Translations under genes and position numbers: made by a program
Notes under the pieces: generated by a model
What the model was told of the DNA's origin: nothing
Databases searched by the model: none
Seen by the model: the letters and a program-made list of their open reading frames with translations, nothing else
From: Paraspadella gotoi
Taxonomy: Eukaryota; Animalia; Chaetognatha
Assembly (NCBI GenBank): GCA_051294375.1
Contig: CM119264.1
Coordinates: 15,969,245-16,033,244 of the forward strand
Direction: 5' to 3'
DNA: 64,000 bases
Shown here: piece by piece, positions 13,523 to 26,379 of the stretch
Layout of the letters: each line of letters starts with the position of its first letter
How positions within the stretch are numbered: position 1 is the first letter of the stretch

Positions 13523-14109
13523 TATAGCATTCAGATCGACTTATTTATTGAGAAATAAATCGCTCCTCACCAGGATTCGATCCCGGTTCCTGAACGCTTG
13601 TTGTCTGGTAATTACAGCCAGAGGCTACCCAGACAACTGAAAAATCTGATTCGAATCCTCCTATTTATAACTTTAAAAACAGATTCAAATCTTTTGTTTT
13701 ATTTCGAATTAATCTGTTTTCAACCTTTTATATTTGTTATTGATTTTGTTTACTTTTGAAATCTTTAACTGAATAATTACAGTCTTGATATCTCAGCTCA
13801 AGATAAATAAAAGATCCTAAATTGTTAATTCGATCATCTGGAATTAAATCTTACTTTTATCTCACTTAACAAAATCTTGTTTTTATTTAATCATCTAATG
13901 TAATAAGTACATTATAAGAAAGATGAAATAAACTAAGTGAAGTGAATGATACCAAACAAATTAGTTAAAAGATTAATTCAATAACGCCAAAACTTCCCTG
14001 CAACGCTGCTACTGATCATGGTAATGATCCTCATCAACATCTTAGGACTCTGACGTTCAGTTGCCCGTCACTTCGTCACGCTGTGGCTGCACTCAGTCAA
14101 CCGGCCACA
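13523..14109 (+). mobile_element. Solo-LTR-like insertion carrying an antisense tRNA-like segment
   Basis: TATAGC...GGCCACA with 4-bp TSD TATA; removing it restores a perfect ~78-bp palindrome; A/B-box-like motifs on the minus strand at ~13562-13635. Confidence 0.7.
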
Positions 14110-14589
14110 TATATACTTATTAAATAAGTATATATACGTATTAGAGCTCTCAGAAATTTATATTTTTGAAAGTTTAGGGGAGAAAACGAATATGACAATA
14201 AAATAATTTCCTGGGTGCTCATTATGGATTTTCCACGCCAGATTTTGTGTCAAACCACTTCCGTTTATAAAAATAAGGATTTTTGGAAAAAAACAAGCTG
14301 TTATTCAGCAAGCATACTTCAATTAATCAAAATAAAGTTACCAATAACCTTAATATAGAACCAAATTCATATACTCGATCCTAAAACTTTTTTCATAATA
14401 TTTTTATATTTTTGGATAGAGAATGACTGGAATAATGTAAATCTTAAGTTACGTCCAAATTGGCCAGTGGGTTTAGAAGAAATCGACCAAAAACAACCAA
14501 AATTCATCTCCCTTTTTTCAATATTCTCGCCTTTTAAGATTTTCGCCGATTCTGACTTCCTGTTACAAACTTATAATTCCGCTAGTTAA

Positions 14590-15110
14590 TTTTTAGTCGG
14601 ATCTGCTTATCAGCAGATGTCGGTCCGTCCCCTCAATCTTGTCGGGCATTCACTTATATCATGTCCGAACATCGAATTATGATAAATTATGCAAAAAAAA
14701 ATGATGTCCGTCCGTCCATCCCACCTTATCAAAAAACACCAATTACTAGTGATTGGATGGATGGATTGGAATGAAATTTTGTGTGTGGGTAGGGAAGTGT
14801 GTGATTGAGCTGGATATGAAGTTTCGATGAAATCGTCCGAGTGGAAGTGAGTTTAAATGGAAAAAACAAAAAAATATATTTCACTATTTGAACACCATGA
14901 GTGAACGCTCACGAGTGGATGGGGCGATTGACCTGAAATTTTGTATGTGTGTAGGAAAGTGTGTGATTAAGCTGGAAATAAAGTTTTGATGGAATCGTTT
15001 GAGTGGAAATGAGTTTAAATGGAAAAAATAAAAAACCTGTTTCACTAATTGATTATGCTTTTTTCTTTTTATATGAAATGTAAATGCAAGATCTATTAAT
15101 TAATCAAATA
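14590..15110 (+). mobile_element. HINE family 1, 5' portion
   Basis: Same 5' stem-loop, GTCC repeats and core as the other copies. Confidence 0.75.
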
Positions 15111-15375
15111 ATTTTTATTATTCAAAAAAAGTTTTACTTTAGTACATTTTAGCCTTTTTTCTTTCAAAATCATTAAAAAGAATTTCATTTTCATTTATTA
15201 TTCTGGGGTATAATTAGTTTCAAAATTTGTTATACTTTTGACTTAATTTTGCACTCCCCCTGTAAGGAGGTTTTAGGAAAAATGATTTTAAATTTGTATC
15301 TCGCATATGCCTATGATTAATTGATTATGACTTCATTTTGGGACTATTGCCATCCCTATATCTTTGTTCCTTTAA

Positions 15376-16193
15376 GAGGAAAGGTCATTCAGCATAACAA
15401 TACGTAATCATTGATGTATTAGAGCTAATATATCGAGAAATACATTATAATCATCAGTAATTACAAAAAAAAATTTTTTATTTATATGTAAACAATCTGT
15501 TTTTAATCATTTTTTTTAAATGGGTAAATAACAAAATTGTTAAGTTAAATGGGTAAGCACATTTTTTAAAGATTTGTTTTTCAATCTGGTTGTTAAAAAA
15601 TTCTAGGTAAGAAGTTAAAACACGGTATGGGTTAGTTTAGAAGGGGAGAATTAAACAATTAATCTCGTTACTCTGTTGGTTTTCCAGTCATGAACAAAAT
15701 CTTCAGTTAAATAGATGGTAAAGAAATTCGATCTACAATGAATCTACACTGAATTTGAAGAGTTGCAGCCTAAACGACTTCAATAATTTTGAATTAAAAA
15801 TGTGATTAGCAATCTTAATAACATTTGTAAAAATGTAATAGAGAGATATTTTGAAAAACGCGTTCCAGTTAGAAATAATTCAGGGTTAAAGTTTAAAAAT
15901 GTTTCATTTTCAAGGATACAAGTTGAAATTTAAAAATGTCTCTCTATTACATTTTTCTAATTCAGTAATAAAAAATTCATAAAAAATATCAGATGGATTG
16001 GCCTTTTCGTTTGACCTGCAACTCTTCAGATAGGTTTCTTTTATTTTATATTATAATTAAAACCGATATAAAATGGGGTAGAATGCATCAAATGTTTAAA
16101 GTGAATACATTTTCGGAATCGTCAGGAGCTCAGCTTTCTGAATTTGTACTCCATTTTGGCCTATTTTGAAGTTGAATTGAATGACCCTTTTTC
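15376..16193. mobile_element. Kolobok-like element family 1, inverted second copy
   Basis: Near-identical reverse complement of 12387-13199, TTAA on both sides. Confidence 0.8.
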
Positions 16194-16305
16194 TTAAAAG
16201 ATATTACAAAAATCAGTTTTTTCTCTCAACCTTTTAAAGAAAGATTTTCGCCTACTTAATGATCTTTAAGCCTTTAAAAGTTTACTAAATAATGCAATAA
16301 AAAAA

Positions 16306-16805
16306 TAGCAAATTAGATGGAAGGCGCCTTGGCCTTTGCAGGTAGCAAGCCTCCCACTCAACCCTAACCAAGGCCCCGAGCAAAAATATTTACTGCGCTA
16401 CTGGTGCAAAAATTGCTACTTGCTAGGAACCAAAATTATCAGAAACCGCTTCGTTTTTTTAAATTTTTTTCTAAGCCTGGAGCGACATATCAAATAGGAG
16501 ATGAACAGGAGGACCGGGTGAGAAAAGGTTATTAAGAATTAGCGATAGCTGCAAGGTTAGGGTTTAGGGAAAGGCTTGTGCAAGAGACATTAAGATTAGG
16601 GTTTAGGTTTGGAAATGAATATAAGGCCAGGGCTAAGGTTTAGGGTTAAGGTTAGGGAGAGAAGGCCTATGTTAGGATTAGGGTTATCAAAGTAGCTTGC
16701 TGGAGAAGTCACAAACTGAGAAAACTGGTTAGGATTAAGGTTTTGATTAGAACCTGATTTAGGGTCAAGGTTGAGTGGGAGGTTTGCCTTCCATCTAATT
16801 CGCTA
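16306..16805. mobile_element. TIR element with internal degenerate TTAGGG-like repeats
   Basis: TAGCAAATTAGATGGAAGGC / GCCTTCCATCTAATTCGCTA ends, plus CCTCCCACTCAACC / GGTTGAGTGGGAGG. Confidence 0.65.
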
Positions 16806-16948
16806 CTACTTTTAAGGCTAATATCTTGTCTTAAGGATCAAATATTTAAAATACCTTAGAGAGTTCTATTTGTATAACCAAAACATACTTTCATATAAAA
16901 TTTTATTAAAATTGGTTGAGTAGTTTGGTCAGGCTCGATTTAGCTTTA

Positions 16949-17684
16949 AACAAGTTTGAGCAAACAATGTCGGATCTGCCCACGATCATTATCGGTAATT
17001 AAATAATTAATAATTAATTAATAAATATTAGTCAATTAAATAATTAACTTGATCCGAAATGTTTGTTTTGATTGATTGACTGATTAATTAATAATTTATT
17101 GACTAATTGATTAACTGATTAATTATTTGATTAACAGAAGAGGATTTAGCCTGCCGTCCAATTCTCCTCCTCCTCTTCTTTCCTCCTCCTGCCCCTCAGT
17201 ATATTTTGTCTAGCGATACATTCTCTCGTTTCTACTCTTCGCGAAATATACCATTATTTTTCCCTCTATTACTTCACACCTTCAATACCCCTCAAGATTA
17301 ATTTACACATCTTGCATTTACATTTAATATAAAGAGAAAAAGAAGCATAGTCAATTAGTGAAACAGGTTTTTTGTATTTTTCCATTTAAACTCATTTCCA
17401 CTCAAACGATTCCATTGAAACTTTATTTGCAGCTTAATCACACACTTTCCTACCCACATATACAATTTCATTCCAATCCATCAATCCAATCAAGAATAAT
17501 TAGTGTTTTATGTTAAGGTGGGACCGATGGACGGACGAACATCGTTTTTTTTTAATAATTTATCATAATTCGATGTTCTGACATGAAATAAGTTAATGCC
17601 CGACAAGATTGAGGGGGCGGACTGACGGACCGACAAAGTGAATTATAGAGTTGGGATTTGCTTATAAGCAGATCCGACTAAAAA
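16949..17684 (-). mobile_element. HINE family 1, complete copy
   Basis: 5' TTTTAGTCGGATCTGC stem-loop, (GTCC)n, 3' subterminal inverted repeat GCAGATCCGAC, small hairpin GTTTGCTCAAAC, end CTTGTT: the DINE-1/Helentron architecture. Confidence 0.8.
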
Positions 17685-17964
17685 CTAATTTTAACATGAT
17701 TTTTTTTATAATAATACTTTTTTAACCTTACTTATAAACCAAAACCAAAAATTTACTATCAAGGTTATTAATAACTTTATTTTGATTAATTTAGTGTTTA
17801 CTGGCTGAATAACCTGATTTTTTAAAACCGGAAGTGGTTCGACGCAAAAACTGGTCTGGAAAATCCATAATGAGCAATTGAGCATCCAGGGAATTTTTTT
17901 ATTGTCATATTCGTTTTCTCCACTAAATTTGGCACAAAAAAAAGTCCTAACGACTTCCCTCTGC

Positions 17965-18045
17965 GTTGGCAAAGCGAGACCGTCCTAGGGTAACCGCGAC
18001 AGTGACTGGATGCGTCACTGAGGGTCGGAAGCCCCCAAATCCAAC
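17965..18045 (+). ncRNA. Twister ribozyme-like motif, type P5, family D
   Basis: GTTGG caaa GCGA GA CCG TCCTAGGG TAA CCGC GA CAGTGAC-loop-GTCACTG aGGG T CGG AA GC CCCc aaat CCAAC; T1 CGG/CCG, P3 7 bp, P5 5 bp. Confidence 0.75.
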
Positions 18046-18049
18046 AGTG

Positions 18050-18772
18050 TAGGACTAAGCTCTGACGAACAAAGCCCGAGGTTTTTTTAATATATTCTTA
18101 TACCGGCCAAGGTAGAATGATGGCAATATTGTTAATATTAAGTTTCAAAAAAATCCTACCATAAATATAGAAAATATTAACCAAAATATTTGGAAAATTG
18201 ACCCCTTCTTTGGAAGATTTTTGCCATAGAAGATTTTTCCCGAATCTGACTCCCGGTTGAAAACTCTTAGAATTCCGATCGTTAGCTCCTCTTTTACTTT
18301 TACTTTAAAAAAAAATTTCACCAAAATGGACTAATTCACTTTACCATGATCGTATCATATCAAAATAACCAAATAAAATGTAAAGAAAAATTTTGAGAGC
18401 CCTTCAGACATATGGCTATCGGATTCCTGAATTTGAAGTTTATTGTAAAATCACAACATATGTTAAATGCGTTGACATTGTATTGAAGTTGAGAAATCCC
18501 TTTATTTTATATATAAAAATTGCGTCGAAAATATTTTCCCGAGCGGACCAGTCCATTTGAATCTGATGGTTTGATGTCAAAATGATGGTTATTTGTCAAG
18601 AGAAAAAAAATGCGAGCCCTTCAGATGCAACAGGATCGGAATCGAGTGTTTTTACATCTGTTTTTTACCTGAATTTTTCCCAGGGGCGTTGACATTATTT
18701 GGTAGTCAGATTTTAACGAAAATCTCCATTGAAAAAGTCTTCCTCGATTTCTAAGAACGACGTAGACTCCTA
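18050..18772 (+). mobile_element. Non-autonomous DNA element with 7-bp TSD
   Basis: TAGGA...TCCTA termini, TSD AACAGTG on both sides. Confidence 0.85.
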
Positions 18773-19126
18773 AACAGTGAGATTCCCCATCCCAATGGGC
18801 AGCACAGGCAACCCGGCTGTTACCAAAAAAGCATAAGGATCGTCGCAATCGCATAAGAAAAATCTGGATTGACGACAAATTTTGAAACTAAAAAAAGAAA
18901 ATTTGAGAAAAGAAAATTAAATTATAAACAGAAAGAAAGATTCTATTTTGTCAATAAAAAAAATTAATAAAGTACCGAAGCAAATTAAAGTAATAGTTTC
19001 TGAAAAAAAAACAAAAAAACTTTTTCATTGTTAAAATATTAACTGATCAGCAGACCCAGTGCCTAAGAAAGAAAACGGAATAAAAACCTGATGTTGCGAT
19101 TACAAAATGATAACATGCACGAATGC

Positions 19127-21678
19127 TAGACACATTTAAATCCGATTCTTTTTAAGATAGAAATCTCAGAAGAACGGCATTCTTTTCCTTTTTTTCCGTT
19201 CTATCTGAATATATGACTTTTGTTAGACTTTTTAAAATTCTTGGCCCTTCCCAGGAGCGCCAAAGTGCCACGAGCGTCTAAATTCACATATATTCGTAGA
19301 TTTCTTGAACAAGTTCTATTTAAATTTAATTTTCTAATATAATTAGTTCATTCCTGACTAGAATATTGCATTGCAAGTTAGTTAATATATTAAAAAAATA
19401 GTTTTAGGTGCTTATTATGTTGAAAAACTACTTTTACAAACCGGAAGTTACCAAAAACAGCAAAAAATTAGTTCTAAAGCTACGAACTAATTTTATAAAT
19501 TTGCTAGATATGTTACATGTTCTTTTTTATCATTTATTTCAAAAGTTTAATTTAAATATTTTATTTAGTTATTAGATATTGTTTAATTATGCAGATGCGC
19601 AAGCTTTTTTACTTTAACTTTGATGTTTAAAATGGTTGATGAACTTTCATTGTATTTTATGTCAGATACCTAAATCAATAATACCACTATATATTCTTAT
19701 AATAGAGAAATATGGTGTAAAGACATTACAAAAAAAACATTAAATGTAATCGTTATTGTAAAAGACTTCATCTTTATTTCAAACTCAATTTAAAAACAAA
19801 CAAAAATAAAAAAGTGAATAAAGAAAGTCAATCTCTTGAACCTTTGAACCTTCTCTAAATCATGGTGGTGGATGATCCCAACCACCATGGCCGTACAATG
19901 ACTCCTCCGTCTCTGCTCGCTGAGACAGAGGGAGACCTCTGGAAAGGCAATAAGCAATCAATGCCCTCTAATCACCTGTCACAACTATGACTCTCCTCAG
20001 AAGTCGTCAACCCAAATGAGCTTTCCCCTTTATTCATCTAGTCCTCATTTAAAATCAGCACGGACAATAAACATATTTTTCTTAACTAGCTTTAAAGCTA
20101 CAAATCATAGGTGACCACCATACGATTCATTTTTTATTGCTCTATCTATATATGTCACTTTTGATATACTGGATTCCTGATTTCTAGAACAAGCAGCTTT
20201 TTTATCTCAAGATGTATATTACTATCAGGAATACTGAGATTGAGAGAGAGTGAATAGGAAATGAAGGAAAAAGAATGTTTAGGTTCAGTTAATTGTTTAA
20301 AATAGAACTATTTATTAAATATAAATATAGAAAATATTAACTTGAAAAAATTATAAAAACTGTAATCGTAACTAACATTAACTAAATCAATTTCATTTAA
20401 TAAAAAAAAAATTTTGTATTAAAAAATAAAAGAATAGATAAGAATAGATAAGAGATAGAAGGGAAATAATAAGACATAAAATTAATAAAGAGAGCTCAAC
20501 ATAAAGATGGCTACCCCTACAAGGACAAATAAAAGGTAGTACCGATAAGATTGGGTGCTGAGAGGGTCAAGTCAACCTCAGTTTCTTTACCGACTAAACT
20601 GTTATATGTGGGTCACTGGGTCAGGTAATGTTTCCGTGAGGAACAGATCTAGTGCAACTCAATTTGACTTTAAATACCTGCCAGTTGCCCTCTTTTCAGA
20701 TAAGGTAGGCCAGGGCCTGTCCGTGCTGATTTTAAAATTTATTCATCTGAAGCTGTCATTTGGGTTGACGACCTCTCTGAGGAGTCATATTTGGTTGCTA
20801 CAGGTGATTAGAGGGCATTGGTTGCTTATTGCTTTTCCAGAGGTCTCCCTCTGCCTCGGTGAGTGGAGACGGGGGAGTCATTGTGCAACCGTGGTGGTTG
20901 GGATCATCCACCACCACAATTTAGAGAAGGTTCAAGGGTTCAAAAGATTGACTTTTTGTTTATTCACTCTTTTTTTCATTTTTTGTCTTTGCAAATTATT
21001 TTTTTTTTTTGTGGTTTTTAAATTGAGTTTGAAATAAAGATGAAGTCTTTTACAACAACGATTACATTTAATTTTTTTTTGTAATGTCTTTACACCATAT
21101 TTCTCTATTATAACAATATATATTGGTATTATTGATTTAGGTATCTAACATAAAATACAATGAAAGTTCATCAGCCATTTTAAACGTCAAAGGTAAAAAG
21201 GCTTGTGCGTCTGCATAATTAAACAATATCTAATAATTAAATAAAATATTTAAATTATACTTTTGAAATAAATAATAAAAAAGAACATGTAACATATCTA
21301 GCGAATTTATAAAATTAGTTTGTATCTTTAGAACTAATTTTTTGCTGTTTTTGGTAACTTCCGGTTTGTAAAAATAGTTTTCAAACTTTATAAGTACCTA
21401 AAACTATTTTTTTTAAATATTAACTAACTTGCAATACAATATTCTAGTCAGGAATGAACTAATTATATTAGAAAATTAAATTTAAATAGAACTTGTTCAA
21501 GAAATCTACGAATATTTGTGAATTTTGACGCACGTGGCAATTTGGCGCTCCTGGGAAGGGCCAAGAATTTTAAAAAGTCTAACAAAAGTCATATATTCAG
21601 ATAGAACGGAAAAAAAGGAAAAGAATGCAGTTCTCCTGAGATTTCTATCTTAAAAAGAATCGGATTTAAATGTGTCTA
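19127..21678. mobile_element. hAT-ended foldback element with ~930-bp inverted arms
   Basis: TAGACACATTTAAATCCGA termini, perfect 8-bp TSD ACGAATGC, empty site at ~29400; arms ~19127-20067 and ~20717-21678. Confidence 0.85.
20200..20950 (-). pseudogene. Decayed Penelope-like 3' fragment
   Basis: Encodes EPSLN-GGG-like and VALDLF..LPDP remnants matching the C-terminal part of ORF 33433-34734. Confidence 0.65.
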
Positions 21679-21913
21679 ACGAATGCGATGCTTAATTTTA
21701 CGAGTTCAATCTTAATTCAATTTTTTTTTTAAATAAAAACGCAGAGAGAGAGAAAGAGAGAGAAAAGAATGAAATCAAAAGGCAGAAGCAGAAGCAGCAG
21801 GAGAAAAGAGAAAAAGAATAAGCCCCTGCAGAGCCAGCTGCAGACTCGTTTTTTTTTCCTATGATTATGAATCAGTGACTAGGGAAAAGAGAGAGGGAGA
21901 GAGACATGTAATT

Positions 21914-22419
21914 TAGGAGTCTACGTCGTTCTTAGAGATCGAGGAAGACTTTTTCAATGGAGATTTTCGTTCAAATCTGACTACCAAACAATATAAACGC
22001 TCCTGGTAAAAATTCTGGTAAAATATCGATGTAAAAACACTTGATTCCGATCCTGTTGCATCTGAAGGGCTCTCAAAATTTTTCTTTACATTTTATTAGG
22101 TTATTTTGATATGATACGATCATGGTAAAGTGAATTAGTCCATTTTGGTGAAATTTTTATTTAAAGTAAAAGTAAAAGAGGATCTAACGATCGGAATTCT
22201 AAGAGTTTTCAACCGGGAGTCAGATTCGGGAAAAATCTTCTATGGCGAAAATCTTCCAAAGAGGGGGGGAATTTTTCGAAGATTTTGGTTAATATTTTCT
22301 ATATTTATAGTCGCATTTTTTTGAAACTTAATATTAACAATATTGCCATCATTCTACCTTGGCCGGTATAAGAATATATTAAAAAAGCCTCGGGCTTTGT
22401 TCGTCAGAGCTTAGTCCTG
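21914..22419 (-). mobile_element. 7-bp TSD element, internally deleted copy
   Basis: TAGGA...TCCTG, TSD TGTAATT; empty site at ~29633. Confidence 0.85.
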
Positions 22420-22759
22420 TGTAATTAAAAGAGAAAAGAGAGAGAGAAAGAAATATGAAAATAAAAGAGAGAAAATTTGTTTGTTTTGATAAAGCATAAA
22501 CAAAACATTTATTAACGGTCCAGACTCAATTTTAAGCACATCGATGATGAGAAGCTGTATATAAATTTTCAGCTTCATACACCCAAATTTAATCATAAAA
22601 AAGGCTATCTATAATTTGGAATGCTGACAACAACGCCGACGACGCCACTTATGCGCAAAAGCGTTACAATACCATCGCTAAGCGTTTGCGACGATAAAAA
22701 GCATGTTTTATTAGCAGGTTAAATAACAGCCGTTCAATGTAAATGATATTGAGACTAAA

Positions 22760-23377
22760 CAGGAGTTTACGTCGTTCTTAGAAATCGAGGAAGACTTTTT
22801 CAATGGAGATATTCGCTAAAATCTGACTACCAAACAATATAAACGCTCCTGGTAAAAATTCTGGTAAAATATCGATGTAAAAACACATGTTGTATCTGAA
22901 GGGCTTGCATTTTTTTTCTTTTGTCAAATCATCAACATCTTGTTATCAAACAAGCCAGAACAAATAGACTGCTTCTGGACGAAAAAATTATGTTCCTGTT
23001 CAACAAATGAGGTTCAATTTTAGAATCCTTTGGCAAAGTGACTGAAGGGCTCTCAAAATTTTTCTTTACATTTTATTTAGTTATTTTGATATGATACGAT
23101 CATGGTAAAGTGAATTAGTCCATTTTGGTGAAATTTTTATTTAAAGTAAAAGTAAAAGAGGAGCTAACGATCAGAATTCTAAGAGTTTTAAACCGGGAGT
23201 CAGATTCGGGAAAAATCTTCTATGGTCGATTTTCCGAACATTTTGGTTAATATTTTCTATATTTATGGTCAAATTTTTTTGAAACTTAATATAAACAATA
23301 TTGCCATCATTCTACCTTGGCCGGTATAAGAATATATTAAAAAAACCTCGGGATTTGTTCGTCAGAGCTTAGTCCTA
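22760..23377 (-). mobile_element. 7-bp TSD element, third copy
   Basis: CAGGA...TCCTA, TSD GACTAAA. Confidence 0.85.
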
Positions 23378-23541
23378 GACTAAAGAGAGATCACGGTCCA
23401 GGTTAAGAAAGAGAGAGAAAGAGAAAGGGAAAGAGAGAGAGTCAGTAACCGGCCTCTCTCTCGACCATATGACAAGTGACCAGTTGGGGTCAACCCCGTA
23501 GCGACGAAACCTTCGTCACAATACATCATACAGCAGCATAC

Positions 23542-23794
23542 CTTGGAAGAATGCAATAAAGAAAATTCCTGATCGAGGTAAGCTGGGACGTACCACCCAT
23601 AACGCCCTTCAACATCAGAGAGGGGGCCCATCTCTGTTACGTTCTTCTTCCAATGGTCAAATTGAAAACCGCTGGCTACCGCCACTTCCATATTGATCAT
23701 TGCGTCAAGGGGTGGATTAAGGATTGACGATAGATGAGCGGCAACTGCGTCGTTGACTAGCACGGACTCGGTGTTCGAATTAGCTAGATGATCC
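23542..23794 (-). CDS. Exon 3 of receptor-like gene (periplasmic-binding-protein-like ectodomain)
   Basis: Polypyrimidine-cag acceptor and AAG|GTATG donor; phase matches exon 2; MINMEV...EMGPLSDVEGRYGWYVP resembles, from memory, invertebrate receptor kinase/cyclase ectodomains. Confidence 0.75.
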
Positions 23795-24797
23795 CTGATG
23801 GGAAAAAAAAACAAACTTTGATCCCCAACATACGCAAGTCGTCTTTGCTCAAAAAATCTTAAGTATAAGGATCGTCGCAATCACATAAAAAGAAAAAAAA
23901 TCTGGACCTATGACAAAATTTGACACTCAAAAAATTAAATTTAATACCGGAAAACTAAGTTTTATACTTAAATATTTAAATTTTCATTTTTTCAAATTTT
24001 TTAATCACTTTACTGAGTTAGGCTTCCCCTAACAAAATTGTCGAAAGCATAAGCGATTGCGACGATAACCAATGGCTGCACCAATATATGTAAATCTCTT
24101 AAACTGGCTAAAACTGAATAGTTACTGCAAAACTAATAACATTTTGATACTTTAAAAAATATTTTATAAATCAAAACAATATTAATTTTGCTTGCATCAT
24201 TTTTTAGTCGGAGTTCAGCAGATCCCGACTTTGTCGGTCCGTCGGTCCGTCCCTTCAATCTTGTCGGGCATCGAATTAGGATAAATTATGCAAAAATAAT
24301 GTCCGTCCGTCCGTCCCACCTTAACAAAAAAGCTCCAATAACTCGTGATTGGGTGGTTGGATTAGAATAAAATTTTGTGTTTAGGAAGGAAAGTATGTGA
24401 TAAAGTTGGATATAAAATTTCGATGGAATCGTACGAGTAGAAATGAGTTTAAATGAAAAAAATATGAGTCACATTTACTTGAATTTTTTTACTTATTTTA
24501 ACCCATGATTACTTGAAATAAGGCCTGGGATCACTCAAACAAGAATTGCATAAAGCTTTATACAAATTGTTTTTATGCAAAAGAAGTATATTTCCTTCGT
24601 GTTTGAAATAAAAAAAACTTTAAATTTGACTAAGGTTCAGCTTCAAGAGCCACCCAAAAATCGGGCAATTTTTTTTATCGGTAAACTTAAAAAATTTCAT
24701 TCATGATGGTAGTCATTTTTAAATGCGAATTTTACTTTTTTTTATTCAATTAACATCAGCTACCTCAGTGTAAGACTAGTACCTATAACCTAGATAT

Positions 24798-25331
24798 TAG
24801 ACACATTTGAATCCGACAATGTTTTAAATAAACAACCAGTCTCGGTGTCATTCTGTTCGTTTTCCAAGCTCTTTTTAACTAAAAAAGTTTTATTAAAAAA
24901 AAAAACTTTTTCGCCCGAGCCAGGAGTGTTAAAAAGCCAAAATATGAAATTTCACCTTTTATGAGTATTTTTTAGCTTTTTTCAGTAAATTTTTTAATAT
25001 AATTATCATTAATCCAGTTAATTACCAATGATACTGCTTTTAATTTATCATATTTAACTATTTTTAAAACATTCATTCACAAAAAATATTAGTTTAGAGC
25101 TTAAGCCAAGGGTATTAAAGAGCTAAAATTTCCAAATTGTCTTTTTTAGTATTTTCAAATGATAATTTATTATATTTTTAAGGATTACATATTTTAATCA
25201 TGATCATAAAAATATTTGATAATTTTAAATGGTTTTCAAGTTAAATAACATAGTTAATTGATTTTTAAACGAACAGAATGACACCCAGACTCGTTATCTA
25301 ATTAAAACTTTGTCGGATTCAAATGTGTCTA
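24798..25331. mobile_element. hAT MITE with the same termini as the foldback element
   Basis: TAGACACATTTGAATCCGAC TIRs; TSD CTAGATAT/CCAGATAT (7 of 8). Confidence 0.8.
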
Positions 25332-26379
25332 CCAGATATTCTTATGATGTAACTGGATCAATTAAGGATGAAAAAATAAATGTTTATGTAAAGAGAGTGC
25401 AGAATACATATTTAATGATGCTTAATACCATTTTTTTACTAAAATAGTATTACAAAAATTGTACAATTTTTAAAAGTCAAAGACAATTGCATCTGCAGTT
25501 GGATCCTCTAAGATAGAAACGCTCTATGGTGCCATAGATGGTCACTGATTCCACAGATGGACAAACGTTATGCTCTCCTCTTGTCAATTAGTTTCTGTTC
25601 CCCACATTCAAAACTGGCTTTAAAGCTTGACCATTTGCCACAGATGAAAATAAGTAAACCCCTTGCAGCATTCCTCCTTGTTCACCGTCCGTGTTTCAGT
25701 ATCACAGCATTTTTTTAATTTAAAAAAAAATTTAAAAAATTTGAATAAAACTTCAAAGAATGGTAAAGCCATCATTTAAACTAGAAATGAAAATAGATTT
25801 TACAAAAGCATGTCGATTTCAAAGTTCTTTGCTCGACTTTCAGTTCTGTAAAATCTACAGAAAAAAAGAAAAATAAATAAAAAGAGTTGAGGCGAAAAAA
25901 AAAATAAAACTAATTATTATTAATTTACTTATTTATAACTTATTTATTTATATTTAAATAAATAATAATTTAATTAATTCATGTATGAAATCATTTGATA
26001 ATTCATGTATTAATAATAATTATGTATTTTTTAATATTTAATATATGAGAACACGATTTGTACTTAAATGTAGACAAGGAGTATAAGAGAGTATAAGAGA
26101 GTAAGAGATAAACATTTACTCCCCACATAATTAATAGTTTATTTACTGTATATAAAATAACATTTATCTAAAATTTTGAATTCTGTGTCATGTGATCACC
26201 TTTTCGGGTGATCATGAAAAGTAGGATACTTATACACGTTAAAAGTCTTTACCTTAACCTTACCTTACCATCTGACCCACCGATCGACATAAAAGGCGGC
26301 TACAGTTAGAGGAAGGGGAAGGTCTCACTCCCAATGCCAAGGAACCAAGGACAAACTTTAGCCCGCCTTGTCTTAAGGC

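Larger units (their letters stand above)
18827..22700 (-). mobile_element. HINE-like family 2 hosting nested insertions
   Basis: Ends AAAGCATAAGGATCGTCGCAATCGC and ATCGCTAAGCGTTTGCGACGATAAAAA (subterminal inverted repeat plus stem-loop); second copy at 28212-29928. Confidence 0.65.

Noticed and set aside
16550-16770. TTAGGG-like arrays as telomere or fusion site (also ~30400 and ~56600)
   Set aside because: Highly degenerate and associated with inverted repeats; transposon-internal
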